A DNA stretch of 64,000 bases. Origin: Thermoplasmata archaeon. GTDB lineage: Archaea; Thermoplasmatota; Thermoplasmata; GCA-020350865. The translations under genes and the position numbers were made by a program. This document shows positions 34,501 through 42,011 of the stretch, piece by piece (position 1 is the first letter of the stretch; each line of letters begins with the position of its first letter). A model generated the notes under the pieces. That model did not search any database and was not told where the DNA came from. It saw only the letters and a program-made list of their open reading frames with translations. The stretch is from positions 3,681,002-3,745,001 of the forward strand of contig CP070751.1 of NCBI GenBank assembly GCA_020348445.1, in the 5' to 3' direction.

Positions 34501-36365
34501 ACTGGATTAATGTTACAGTAAGTGACGGAAATGGCGGAATAGATTGGAGAAATTATACAATTACTGTGAATAACACCGTTCCACTGATAACAACGTTACC
34601 AACACCGATTTCCTATGAGGATTATCAGTATTTGGTGGACTTTAATTGCAATGACGACGGTCAGGGTGTGATTATCTATTATCTCAATACAAATGGCACT
34701 TGGCTTTCTATAGACGACATAACAGGCACCGTGATCGGAACACCCGTAAATAATGATGTGGGCTCCTATTGGATCAACGTCACTGTCATGGATGGCAACA
34801 GTGGGATGCATTCTGTCAACTACACTCTGACTGTGAACAACACCAACGATGCCCCAATCATAACCACTGGCAATTTGGAATTTGTTGATGAGGATTCCCT
34901 GTACCTGGTTGATTATGATTATTTTGATATCGACGGTGACATGGTTTCATGGAGTAGGAGCACCAACGCATCCTGGCTTTCGATCAATGAAAGTAATGGA
35001 GTATTGTCAGGTAGTCCGAGAAATGCGGATGTGGGATGGTACTGGGTAAACATTGTTGTAGATGACGGTAATGGTGGTTACAATAGTACATATTTCATAA
35101 TTCATGTCAACAATACAAATGATAAGCCCTCTATTCCTGTATTGTCTTACCCTCAGGACGATTCAGTGGTTAATACAACATATCCTGACTTTATCTGGGA
35201 TGCATCCATTGATCCTGATCGCGGAGATTATATTGTAGATTACACGTTGGAGTATTCCACGAGTTCTGCTTTTACCGAGAACATAACAGTTGTCACTGCT
35301 ATAGTCGATACATCTTATGTCCCAGAGATAGAATTAATGGATAAAACATGGTACTACTGGCGTGTGGAAGCCTTTGATTCCTTGGGTGTGGGAAGTGGTT
35401 ATCAAACACCTTATTTTGCATTTTTCGTTGATATAGGATATAAGGAGCCAAGATACAAAGGAACATTGAAAAGCGCTCAAGTGAAATTTGGGGGTACTTG
35501 GAGTGTGGATTTGGATGATCATTTTATACTCGGCTCCATAACCGAGGGTCTTTCGTTCACATCAAATTACGGAGAGATCCAAATCGATCCGAAAACCCAT
35601 GTGGCAACTTGGAAACCTAAAACCAAGGATGATGTTCTTACTGATGTTGTCTTTACCATGTCAGACGGTAAAGTAGATATCAGCTCCAATCCTATAGATA
35701 TCTCAGTGGAACAGGAGAAGACCTCTTTATCCTTCCTGGAAAGAATTTACTGGCCCTATCCCTTGATTCCCATGATATTCTTTATTCTTTTGGGATGTGC
35801 ATTTGCAGTCAAGAGATATAAAGAAAGGCCTGTTGTGGAGGAAGTTTTTTTCATATCTGAAAACGGCAGACTCATTGCCCATGCATCTGTTAAGGTGGAC
35901 GAGGAGATAGACGAGGACATCTTAAGCAGTATGTTAACAGGGGTCAAGGACTTTGTTAGCGATGCATTCATAAGAGACGAGAGTATGCGGGAGGAAAAAG
36001 GCCTTCAAAAACTTGAATTTGGTGAGGAGACCATATATCTTGAAAGGGGAGAACATTTCTTTATTGCCCTCATATTCACTGGCAGGGGCATCCCACCTAA
36101 ACTGAAAGCCGTGAAGGAGGAGATTGAAAAAAGGTTTGGGGATGTACTTGAGGATTGGGACGGCGATATGAGGGCCTTCGAAGGTGCGCATGAGATCATT
36201 TCCTGGCTGTTACCTCTGGAGAAAATGACTGAAGAGCAGAAAAAGAAGCTCAAGGAAGGAAAGGGGAAGGACAAGGTATTGGAAAAATGGGAGAACATTG
36301 ATGAAGAGTTTGCTGAGGTTGACATTTCCATGGAGGAATTAAGAAAAGAGATGGGTTGGAAGTAG
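25548..36365 (+). CDS. Giant (3605 aa) single-pass surface adhesin with cadherin-like/Ig repeats and a cytoplasmic longin-like domain
   Basis: Signal peptide; glucodextranase/DOMON-like segment (DTVGDDNGDGDYTYP); lamin-tail-like IVINEI segment; 7 + 14 tandem repeats; TM at ~35751-35810; tail VEEVFFISENGRLIAH...DILSSMLTGVKDFVSDAF. Confidence 0.9.
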   Translation: MGRYAMIQNTKKPHKNAIIKIILMTLVLSNVVILPIYQQVQAKEHLIEENDEEGVGQGLAIYSNYRLAQCFNATSNYTLKRVSLFVNDEGSMESTLGVQIYDNDDKSDGISDNDVPNSSISPMVGNNGPNNEFTWLDFKYSVPLTEGERYWIVADCGGPEGDGYRWKDSENDSYSGGYIAKEGNPDWILDTSNDLMFRVFGEYDNDVGVEEIIAPELQELYLEANVTAIIMNYGVSSQSGFDVRCTILAPNGSEILNDTETIDTLGSDKMTGLTWFFTPVVEGVYAITVTTLLEGDEYNINNAISMNMNVQKMAVLKLHAPIEVTDNYGNWHGDKVPTNDTWHTSRREFIWNDTVGDDNGDGDYTYPNSTQFEAGCLDITEFRVAVDYNRLNFRIEFGSIDDGVGDGSDGWLGFSEQIIEILIDTDRDGTGRDDTIRNARLKLDKSIGWEYALWVNGWNDGYILDESGNMPFGVLAQGSPETNAVQISLPLSNGFSPDFEVWRYVVLVGAHHNKSLPFNVHGSRCGFMRVDSQNSTVSGGGGEDKNGADSNVYDMVFASLQSSQLDDYGSEDILLTEFTDTMGMSGSDISSSEWWAQSFTAPFTCLLSSVDIFAKDVAPDSIMMGITIYDNNDMDNFNPDDDLPGWTWLSSINGTDFGTEYEWKNVEFSNPPVIRGGETYWIVAKSMDESGKGYKWGKNQNTPWGGGHSASWHGSDWQLEDGDMLFRAYFRKLTTIDAHQPIYFAPIVINEIYVNGSADKEWINILYDGTDYAPPYLDMNNWTLTDQDGNIFQFEDFTLYNYDSVTVHSGFGADSETDLFWGKSVGVWDDFGDDVLLNSNFIVPVDFMNYTDGNEFGNDPPVGMNWGPEDNENLPINPHRLQKLSLKVEGGDYDFYRDWEFVALGNVQDKTLYFFDDGTFDSQDPHDFMNTTPPIKVEVLDFDGDGNPGLTLNKSAPPTDPQRYQEFNLTPVLAMDFKIVDNVLIDLWFFDYETGGKEALKVTLYDCNTTIKKEIANETISFILEDSAQWSLINIIIFDLDYTLRSGHYLTFRVMIDSSSENDLVLAYNSTEVPSCIRTIPTRTFVNVDWAKTYNTLGQESTSFSIGEDVIIKANVSDPLGSYDIFGAYISITPPGAGLEGAEKPMTLKITDPSNPSAWKLFNYTYKNANKAGEYTVRIKGIESNGVIHTITIYFYILRNEKPQLTNKSLIPSSGLASTSFNFTINYTDLENHPPGIVTVNITGRGTFKMDPLDPDDDNYTDGNLYFINLTGFVNGTSYSYHFAANDSKGLWNYTDPFNGPYVYNTPPVLSDWGLDPPEGYASTGFNFTVKYTDIDNQTGVVKVNITGSSPHAGSYEMLEVDPYDTNRTDGKLYYFNYTGFYNGSYKHQFAACDSQTWVNTSELSGPHVMNTPPYFRKGKVLPIEGYITTEFKYSVFYFDLDNQAPGNITVNISGPWHAGSWKMIEKDTLDEYYVDGKEYYYTYTGLKIGSYSFHIWANDSQGLGANTSERDEPIIHNTRPTLSGHNLNPKAGDVGAYFNYTVIYTDLDNQTAGNITVNITGPSYAENLTMNAFDPLDTNYTDGKFYYLNITLSNEGTYNYTIYANDSDGLWAIPIFDSGPNVGSDAPPLLTQPMVNPETGFTTTWFNFTVNFTDFQNDSADVILLNLSGPSGGLFTMFEVDTSDMTTEDGKYFYRNITWLEKGIYSFYVEGNDTNGNSTQSAERYVPLVKNTPHELLGSCINQSEYGGSWFNFSLVYVDTDNDPAGSVNINISGVGNVTMLELDPSDVIFSDGKEYYYNTTFSKGSYSYRFEANDTGFNRVWNYTTFEDFTLINNIPIFLLQDVTPPTGFGGEYFNFTVTVLDFDGDTLEVLLHIQGDPASPYTMLEADMADTDTTDGKIYFYNLSFERGSYNYTFSVYDGEEPNQTSPLTLIVKNNPPAITTSDITSTDEDDLYSVDYDNIDLDGDIVTWILDTNATWLNIDSDTGVLEGTPTNLEVGSYYVNVSVDDGFGGIDFHNFTLYVINTLPQFTTIPDEYAQEDFLHLDDFNCIDDGQGNIVYSLLTNASRLSLHPVTGLLSGTPDNTNVGSYWVKVSVDDGNGGIVSVNYTLWVNNTPPTITTDPDQVAIEDSLHLNDFTCDDDGEGDITYSLETNATWLNLNPSTGILSGIPNNTHVGSYWVNVSVDDGNGGKDFVNYSLSVLNVQPIITITPDVTAQEDFLHSDNFDCTDEGQGNIIYSLTTDATWLMINPSTGLLNGTPNNTHVGFYFVNVTVNDGNGGIDNINYTITVINTLPTITTIPIPVVTQDIPYHDDIDCNDDGQGTIIYSIATNATWFFFNSTTGELNGTPNNTHLGSYWVNVSVTDGNGGMDFINYSLTVDDVNDPPIITTTNIEFVDEDSLYSVDYEYIDIDDPVMTWSLYTNSSWLDIDTSTGVLSGIPQNDDVGSCWVNVTVNDGRGGTDYTNFTITVSNTPPSIINTPIEFTDEDDFHLDDFNCDDDFQGNIVYSFITNATWLNIDSLTGIISGTSNNTLVGWYWVNVSVEDGNGGRDSRNYTLTVYNTLPLITTTPEEEAFEDTLHADYFMCIDDDQGNIVYSMKTNATWLGFVADKGILSGTPYNTEVGWYWVNVTVNDGNGGVDSLNYTLTVHNVHPNITTIPDATASEDILHLDNFDCDDDGQGNIIYSLASNATWLNIDPISGVVNVVPINLYVGEYFVNVSVSDGNGGIDFVNYSLTVFNTQPHITNTPDDFAIEDMLHIDDFNCDDDGQGNITYYLVTNATWLNIDPVEGILSGTPDNSHVGWFWINVSVNDGNGGIDYRNYTLNVSDVNDPPVITTIDLEFALEDSLYYVDYEYIDVDDTAVSWYRDSNASWLTINSQTGELSGIPENHEVGWCWVNVTVDDGRGGIAFSNFTITVNNTPPAITNTPIELVDEDLTFLDDFNSNDDDQGNIIYSMDTNATWFDIDNISGVLSGLPNNNHVGWYWINVTVSDGNGGIDWRNYTITVNNTVPLITTLPTPISYEDYQYLVDFNCNDDGQGVIIYYLNTNGTWLSIDDITGTVIGTPVNNDVGSYWINVTVMDGNSGMHSVNYTLTVNNTNDAPIITTGNLEFVDEDSLYLVDYDYFDIDGDMVSWSRSTNASWLSINESNGVLSGSPRNADVGWYWVNIVVDDGNGGYNSTYFIIHVNNTNDKPSIPVLSYPQDDSVVNTTYPDFIWDASIDPDRGDYIVDYTLEYSTSSAFTENITVVTAIVDTSYVPEIELMDKTWYYWRVEAFDSLGVGSGYQTPYFAFFVDIGYKEPRYKGTLKSAQVKFGGTWSVDLDDHFILGSITEGLSFTSNYGEIQIDPKTHVATWKPKTKDDVLTDVVFTMSDGKVDISSNPIDISVEQEKTSLSFLERIYWPYPLIPMIFFILLGCAFAVKRYKERPVVEEVFFISENGRLIAHASVKVDEEIDEDILSSMLTGVKDFVSDAFIRDESMREEKGLQKLEFGEETIYLERGEHFFIALIFTGRGIPPKLKAVKEEIEKRFGDVLEDWDGDMRAFEGAHEIISWLLPLEKMTEEQKKKLKEGKGKDKVLEKWENIDEEFAEVDISMEELRKEMGWK

Positions 36366-36473
36366 TATCTTGGTTCTCAGCCTTTAAATGAACTCGTTTA
36401 TCTGTTTTTTATTGATGGTAATAAATCGTAGAAAACTTATATTGGTAGCACGATTACCCAAAGAAGTGATACC

Positions 36474-36887
36474 ATGGAAACCATTACCAGAGTGGGTGTG
36501 TCCTTTGAGCCAGAACTGCTTAAAAAATTCGATGCTTTAATTTGGGAAAAAGGATACTCAAGCAGATCAGAGGCCATAAGAGATCTGGTTAGAAAATCCA
36601 TACTGGACTCTGAGGTCAAGGACGAAAGAAGTGATGTAATAGGGACTTTGACGATCATATATGATCACGATGTGGGAGATGTCACCAATAAACTACTTCA
36701 CATCCAACATCACCATCATTCCGAGATCTCCTCCACAACACATTTGCATATAGATGAGCACCTGTGCCTTGAGGTATTGGTGGTTAAAGGAAAGGCCAAG
36801 GACGTAAGAGCTCTTTCTGACAACATAAAAGCTGTAAAGGGTGTGAAACACGGAGAATTGGTGATCACAAGTCGAAAAATTAAATGA
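36474..36887 (+). CDS. nikR: Nickel-responsive transcriptional regulator NikR
   Basis: RVGVSF RHH, YSSRSEAIRDLVR, HHHH...STTHLHID.H.CLEV. Confidence 0.95.
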   Translation: METITRVGVSFEPELLKKFDALIWEKGYSSRSEAIRDLVRKSILDSEVKDERSDVIGTLTIIYDHDVGDVTNKLLHIQHHHHSEISSTTHLHIDEHLCLEVLVVKGKAKDVRALSDNIKAVKGVKHGELVITSRKIK

Positions 36888-36933
36888 TTATTCAAACTGG
36901 ATAAATAAAAAGATGTTTTTAATGGTAAACTGT

Positions 36934-37239
36934 CTACTTCATGGCTTCAGCTATCTCTTTTTTGAGCTCCTCTTCAGATTTTCCCTCTGTCTCGATTCCG
37001 AGCTCTTTTGCGGCCTTTACTATGTCTTTTTCCTCCTTCTTCTCTTGCTTGGCCTCTTCTTCTTTTTTTGCATCTTTGGCCTTTTCCTCTTTGATTTCCC
37101 TCTCGATATCCATTTTTCCCCGCTCAAATTCACCCTTTGCCCTTCCTAGGCTTCTCGCTAGTTCTGGTAGTTTCTTTGCGCCAAATATAAGGATTACTAT
37201 GACAAAGACGATTATGAGTATTTCGCCCATACCGAGCAT
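36934..37239 (-). CDS. tatA: Twin-arginine translocase TatA/TatE
   Basis: LIFGAKKLPELARSLGRAKGEF. Confidence 0.95.
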   Translation of the reverse strand: MLGMGEILIIVFVIVILIFGAKKLPELARSLGRAKGEFERGKMDIEREIKEEKAKDAKKEEEAKQEKKEEKDIVKAAKELGIETEGKSEEELKKEIAEAMK

Positions 37240-37283
37240 TTCATCAGCCTCTTATACCATATGTGCTATATCATTCCCTCTTT

Positions 37284-38075
37284 TTAACCTTTTTGCAGGC
37301 GTTTAGCGATCAAATATCCGATAACATACAATAACATCATGGGTATGGCCACGATAAGCTGGGTTATTCCGCTTCCATCAGGGGTTACAATTGCTCCAAA
37401 TATCACCATTCCAACAAAAGCGTATCTCCAATTTTCACGCCAGAACTGGGCAGAAACCACCCCCAATCGCGTTAATCCCACCATGATTATAGGCAGCTCG
37501 AAGACCAGGCCATAGGCTATAAGAAATATTATCACGAAGGAGATAAATGATTCTAGGGATAAAAATGGCTGAATATCCATTGCAAATGCAAAGCCGTACA
37601 GAAAATCGATTGTAAATGGAATTATTATAAAATAGGCAAAGGCACAACCCAAGGCAAACAGGAATGTGGCAGGAAAGGCGGTCTTGATTAAAATGGCCTT
37701 CTCGTGGGGGTAGAGCCCTGGAGCCACGAACTTACCCAACTGGTACACGATCATGGGCATCCCGAACAGGATTCCGAGAAACAATGATATCTCAAGCTGG
37801 ACTACAACTGGATCCGCTATTCCAATGGGGATTAGCTGAATTCTGGGATCCCTAATCAAATCATTTCTTATTTGGTTGAAAACCAGGGTATTGATGTTGT
37901 CATACAGTTCCGGAAAAGGGTAATATAATGTAATTCCACCCACACTGACCTCTCTCAATCCAAAAATGAAGCAGAAAATAGCAATTGCACAAACTGTTGC
38001 AAGACAATAGATTATGCGCTTTCTCAACTCCTCCAAGTGTTCCCAAAAGCTCATTTCTGCCTTTTTATTATTCAT
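37284..38075 (-). CDS. tatC: Twin-arginine translocase TatC
   Basis: MSFWEHLEELRKR, FVAPGLYPHEK, GLVFELP, TPDG; likely ATG 38075 (the track ORF starts at 38123). Confidence 0.95.
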   Translation of the reverse strand: MNNKKAEMSFWEHLEELRKRIIYCLATVCAIAIFCFIFGLREVSVGGITLYYPFPELYDNINTLVFNQIRNDLIRDPRIQLIPIGIADPVVVQLEISLFLGILFGMPMIVYQLGKFVAPGLYPHEKAILIKTAFPATFLFALGCAFAYFIIIPFTIDFLYGFAFAMDIQPFLSLESFISFVIIFLIAYGLVFELPIIMVGLTRLGVVSAQFWRENWRYAFVGMVIFGAIVTPDGSGITQLIVAIPMMLLYVIGYLIAKRLQKG

Positions 38076-38230
38076 CTTCTTTACAACGCCCCCTTTGCGA
38101 ATTGGTAAATAAATAACTTCCATTAATAGTTTTGGAAAGCCTTTTTATCGATTGTCTTTATGCTGGGTATCCCAATTTATTGGATAACGTACTTATACCC
38201 TTAGAATATTAGGGTTTCGAGATTGAAAAC

Positions 38231-38881
38231 ATGCACAAAACAGTGGATATATCAGTTGAAGAAGATATCTTAAAGGCCAACAGGGAAATCGCCTTGGAAA
38301 ATGCAACTTTGTTAAAGAAATATGGCGTATATTCAATAGATTTCATGGGTTCCATTGGATCAGGTAAAACCCTCTTAATCGAGAGGATCTTGGAGATATT
38401 GGGGGAAAAAGGGAAGAAAGGGGCGGCAATAGCAGGGGATGTAGCAGGTGATGACGATTATAAACGCATCTTGCATCATGATGTTCCCGCAGTTTCCCTG
38501 AACACAGGAAAGGAATGTCATCTTGACGCCCACTTGGTGTCCCATGCATTGGAGGATTTGGATTTTAAGGGTGTTGACGTCCTTTTCATAGAGAACGTCG
38601 GCAATCTCGTATGCCCAATGGACTTTCCCTTGGGCACAGATAAAAGGGCAGTTGTTATCTCTGTTACTGAAGGGGATGATATGGTAAGAAAGCATCCTGC
38701 CATATTTGGTCTGGCAGATGTTATCGTTATCAATAAGATCGACTTGGCTGACATCATGGAGGTTGATATTAAGAGGATCGAAAGCGATGCTAAAAAAATC
38801 AATCCGCATACCAAAATTTGCCAAACAGATGCAAAGCACGGGGTAGGAATCAAGAAATTGATGTCAGAATTGGAAATCTAG
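38231..38881 (+). CDS. hypB: Hydrogenase nickel incorporation GTPase HypB
   Basis: GSIGSGKT, NTGKECHLDAH, IENVGNLVCP, SVTEGDD, NKID. Confidence 0.95.
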   Translation: MHKTVDISVEEDILKANREIALENATLLKKYGVYSIDFMGSIGSGKTLLIERILEILGEKGKKGAAIAGDVAGDDDYKRILHHDVPAVSLNTGKECHLDAHLVSHALEDLDFKGVDVLFIENVGNLVCPMDFPLGTDKRAVVISVTEGDDMVRKHPAIFGLADVIVINKIDLADIMEVDIKRIESDAKKINPHTKICQTDAKHGVGIKKLMSELEI

Positions 38882-38891
38882 GTTTGAGGAT

Positions 38892-41126
38892 ATGAGGATA
38901 GTCTTTTATGGTTTGGTTCAGGGCGTTGGCTTTCGACCTGCTGTTTATCGAGTGGCAAAATCCCTGGGATTAAAGGGTTATATTAGGAATAATGGCTCCA
39001 ATGTGGAGGTCGTGGTGGATAAAAATCACGAGAAACTGATTGAACATTTGAAATCAGAGCTTCCCCCCCTTGCTGAAATCACGCGAATGGAATTTGATGA
39101 TGGCTTTCGGGGATTGGAATATCAGGATTTCAGTATTGTGTTTAGCGAGGATGGTGAGCGAAGCTCTGTTATTCCCACGGACACTGCCATCTGCGATGAT
39201 TGTCTGTCTGAACTGTTTGATGAGACGGATAGAAGATATCTTTACCCTTTTATAAATTGTACAAACTGTGGGGCGCGCTTCTCAGCCATAGAATCCGTAC
39301 CCTACGACAGGATAAATACTTCAATGAATCCCTTTAAACTGTGTGAGAAGTGCCAGGGTGAATATGACATACCATCTGATAGGCGGTTTTATGCCCAAAC
39401 CATATCCTGCAAGGACGACGGCCCACATTTTACTCTGTATGGAAAGGATGAGAAGGTAATCAAAACCGATAATGCAATCGAACATTTTGCTGAGCAAATC
39501 GATTCCGGAGCCATTGGGGTTCTTAAAAGCTGGGGCGGGATGCACCTAATCTGCAATCTCGAGGTTCTTTCCCGGTTCAGGGAATGGTATTCCCGGCCTG
39601 AAAAGCCCTTTGCCGTGATGGCCCGGAATATAAATGCCGCAAGGGAGCTTGCCGAGATATCTTCCTTTGACAAAGAACTCCTTTTATCCCTTCAAAGGCC
39701 CATTGTTATCGTGCAAAAAAGAGAAGATCGCAGGGATGATTACCTCTTGGACCTGGTATCACCTAAATTGGATAATATCGGCATATATTTACCTTACTCT
39801 TCAATCCAGCATCTGTTGTTTCTGTACCTGAAAAAAGATGCAATAATCATGACGTCCGCAAATCCCCCTGGAGAGCCCATTGTAATAGACAATGAGGGGG
39901 TTTTTAAACTGGGTGTGGATGTTTACATGCTTCATAACAGGAACATAATAAATCGAATCGATGATTCAGTTCTGATTCCCTTCGAGGGCAGGACATTTTT
40001 TATTAGAAAATCAAGGGGTTTTGTCCCCAAGGAATTGAATCCCCATCATGATAAAAAGGTTGTAGCAGTGGGTCCTGAGGAAAATCTGACAACTTCTGTT
40101 GCCTTTGGTGGAAAAATGTACACGAGCCAGTACATCGGGGATGTAAGAAAATACAACGTTTATGACTTCCAAAGATCTGCTACATATCATCTAATGAATT
40201 TGTTTGGTATTACAGAAGTGGATGCAATAGGTGCTGATTTACATCCCCTTTACACATCCCGTCACTTTGCCTCTGAGTTGGGTGAGAAATATGAAGCCGA
40301 GGTAATTGAGGTGCAGCATCACTGGGCCCATGCAGTCTCGTTGATGGTGGACAATGATATCTCAGATGAGATAGTATGTTTGACACTTGATGGAGCAGGA
40401 TACGGTTCAGACGGGAATATCTGGGGTGGTGAGGTCCTTTTGTCCTCCTTTACTGATTTTACTAGAATAGCTAGATTGGAGTACCTTCCTTTAATTGGGG
40501 GAGATAAAGCTGTATCCGACCCTAGAAGGCTGGTTTTTGCAATTTCAGAGAAACTCGGGATTGAAACTGATTATTTCGACGATGAAACTGCCTCTGTTTT
40601 TAGGAAAGCCCTGAAAAACAGCCCAATAAGCTGTAGCTTAGGGCGCTTTCTTGATGCAATCTCCTGTTATCTCGGAGTATGCTGTGAAAAGACCTATGAC
40701 GGTGAACCTGCGATAAAGCTGGAGAGATATCTAAATAGAGGCAAGAGAAAGTTCGATTTCAAGGGTGGGGTAAAAGATTCTGAGGTTCAGGTGGTAGAGA
40801 CTCTCCCTCTTTTTGAGCAGTTATTTGAATACTGTAAAAATGGCGATCTTACTGACCAAGATAAGTACAATCTGGCATATTCCATGGTCGCTGCTGTCCT
40901 CGAGTCCATGGTTGAGATAGCTGTAGATAGGGCCAAGGAACTGAATATTCCCATAATTGGAATAACAGGGGGCGTGGCCTATAATCTTCCCATTGTTCGA
41001 ATTATCAATTATGGGGTAAAAAAGGGGGATTTGACCCTCGTAACCCACAATAATGTCCCATGCGGCGATGGCGGGATATCCGTCGGGCAGAATGCAATTG
41101 CCGGTAATATTTTAAGGAGCAAATAA
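38892..41126 (+). CDS. hypF: Carbamoyltransferase HypF
   Basis: GLVQGVGFRP acylphosphatase domain, two zinc fingers, QHHWAHA, DGAGYG, GGVAYN, CGDGGISVGQ. Confidence 0.96.
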   Translation: MRIVFYGLVQGVGFRPAVYRVAKSLGLKGYIRNNGSNVEVVVDKNHEKLIEHLKSELPPLAEITRMEFDDGFRGLEYQDFSIVFSEDGERSSVIPTDTAICDDCLSELFDETDRRYLYPFINCTNCGARFSAIESVPYDRINTSMNPFKLCEKCQGEYDIPSDRRFYAQTISCKDDGPHFTLYGKDEKVIKTDNAIEHFAEQIDSGAIGVLKSWGGMHLICNLEVLSRFREWYSRPEKPFAVMARNINAARELAEISSFDKELLLSLQRPIVIVQKREDRRDDYLLDLVSPKLDNIGIYLPYSSIQHLLFLYLKKDAIIMTSANPPGEPIVIDNEGVFKLGVDVYMLHNRNIINRIDDSVLIPFEGRTFFIRKSRGFVPKELNPHHDKKVVAVGPEENLTTSVAFGGKMYTSQYIGDVRKYNVYDFQRSATYHLMNLFGITEVDAIGADLHPLYTSRHFASELGEKYEAEVIEVQHHWAHAVSLMVDNDISDEIVCLTLDGAGYGSDGNIWGGEVLLSSFTDFTRIARLEYLPLIGGDKAVSDPRRLVFAISEKLGIETDYFDDETASVFRKALKNSPISCSLGRFLDAISCYLGVCCEKTYDGEPAIKLERYLNRGKRKFDFKGGVKDSEVQVVETLPLFEQLFEYCKNGDLTDQDKYNLAYSMVAAVLESMVEIAVDRAKELNIPIIGITGGVAYNLPIVRIINYGVKKGDLTLVTHNNVPCGDGGISVGQNAIAGNILRSK

Positions 41127-41224
41127 TGGAATTTCCCTCGATTGCGAATTTCTCCTCTGATAATGAGAGGGAAAATGTTATATTCTATACCAATTGTTTT
41201 TTCGCCAAATAAGGAGGTTTCCAT

Positions 41225-41440
41225 ATGGGACACAGAATAGGAAAAGAGAAAATTACACGTGAGCCAGGATTTTTGTACTATGTAGGTAAAGACGGATATG
41301 TATGGCGCGCACCAATGAAGACCAACAAGCGCGGCAGAAAGAAGAAAGTCGGATCCGAGAGGATCAAGAAGCGAAAGGGATATATGTACTATCTCGACAA
41401 AAGAGGATATGTTGGCGAAGCCAAGATGGCAAGAAAATAA
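41225..41440 (+). CDS. Small basic protein with an internal tandem duplication, putative nucleic-acid-binding protein
   Basis: REPGFLYYVGKDGYVWRAPM / KRKGYMYYLDKRGYVGEAKM; AAGGAGG SD; very Lys/Arg-rich. Confidence 0.75.
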   Translation: MGHRIGKEKITREPGFLYYVGKDGYVWRAPMKTNKRGRKKKVGSERIKKRKGYMYYLDKRGYVGEAKMARK

Positions 41441-41575
41441 AGAATGCCTATCCAAAATCCTTTTTCTAAATTATTAGGCTCTCTACACTTCGAAATTTCG
41501 CCATACATCAAATAAAATAGGAAAAATGCTCGAGCAAAAAGCAGGTTGCAAATCCTCAACCTGTATAATTTTTTT

Positions 41576-41878
41576 TTATTTTTTACAAATACATGATCTC
41601 ATTTCATCTATATCGCAGAACGTTTCAAAAAATGTGTTTATATGGGCTTCAAGCTGTTTTTGCCCCCTTTTTGTAAGGGAGTAGCGCTTATTTTTATCGA
41701 CAGATAAAAGGCCTTTGTCCTTTAGATCTTTTAGAACAGGGTAGATTGTTCCCGGGCTTGGTTTGTGTCCCTTTCTCTTTTCAAGCTCAATTGCTATCTC
41801 GGCCCCGGTCATGCTCTTTTTACTGATAAGCCAAAGAATAAGGAAATTCAAGAAACCTTTCATCTGACAATGTGTCAT
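41576..41878 (-). CDS. PadR-family transcriptional regulator
   Basis: KGFLNFLILWLI...GAEIAIELE...PSPGTIYPVLKDL. Confidence 0.9.
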   Translation of the reverse strand: MTHCQMKGFLNFLILWLISKKSMTGAEIAIELEKRKGHKPSPGTIYPVLKDLKDKGLLSVDKNKRYSLTKRGQKQLEAHINTFFETFCDIDEMRSCICKK

Positions 41879-41887
41879 CGCTCAATG

Positions 41888-41990
41888 TATCGGAAAAACG
41901 ATATTAAAACGTTTGGTATTATCAAAAAGTATCGGAAAACCGATATGTTTATATAGAAGCTATCGCATATCCGATATCGGAAACCCGATA
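41888..41990. promoter_or_regulatory. Four palindromic TATCG-N6-CGATA boxes in the divergent promoter region
   Basis: Boxes at 41888-41903, 41930-41945, 41961-41976 and 41975-41990. Confidence 0.75.
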
Positions 41991-42011
41991 TAAGCTATGG
42001 AGGTGAAAAAA

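Noticed and set aside
25548-36365. Diversity-generating retroelement acting on the surface proteins
   Set aside because: No reverse transcriptase and no template/variable repeat pair differing at adenines was seen
36417-36458. NikR operator (GGTAAT...ATTACC, AATCGT...ACGATT)
   Set aside because: Short arms in AT-rich DNA, spacing unlike the E. coli GTATGA-N16-TCATAC site, and not repeated upstream of hypB or tatC
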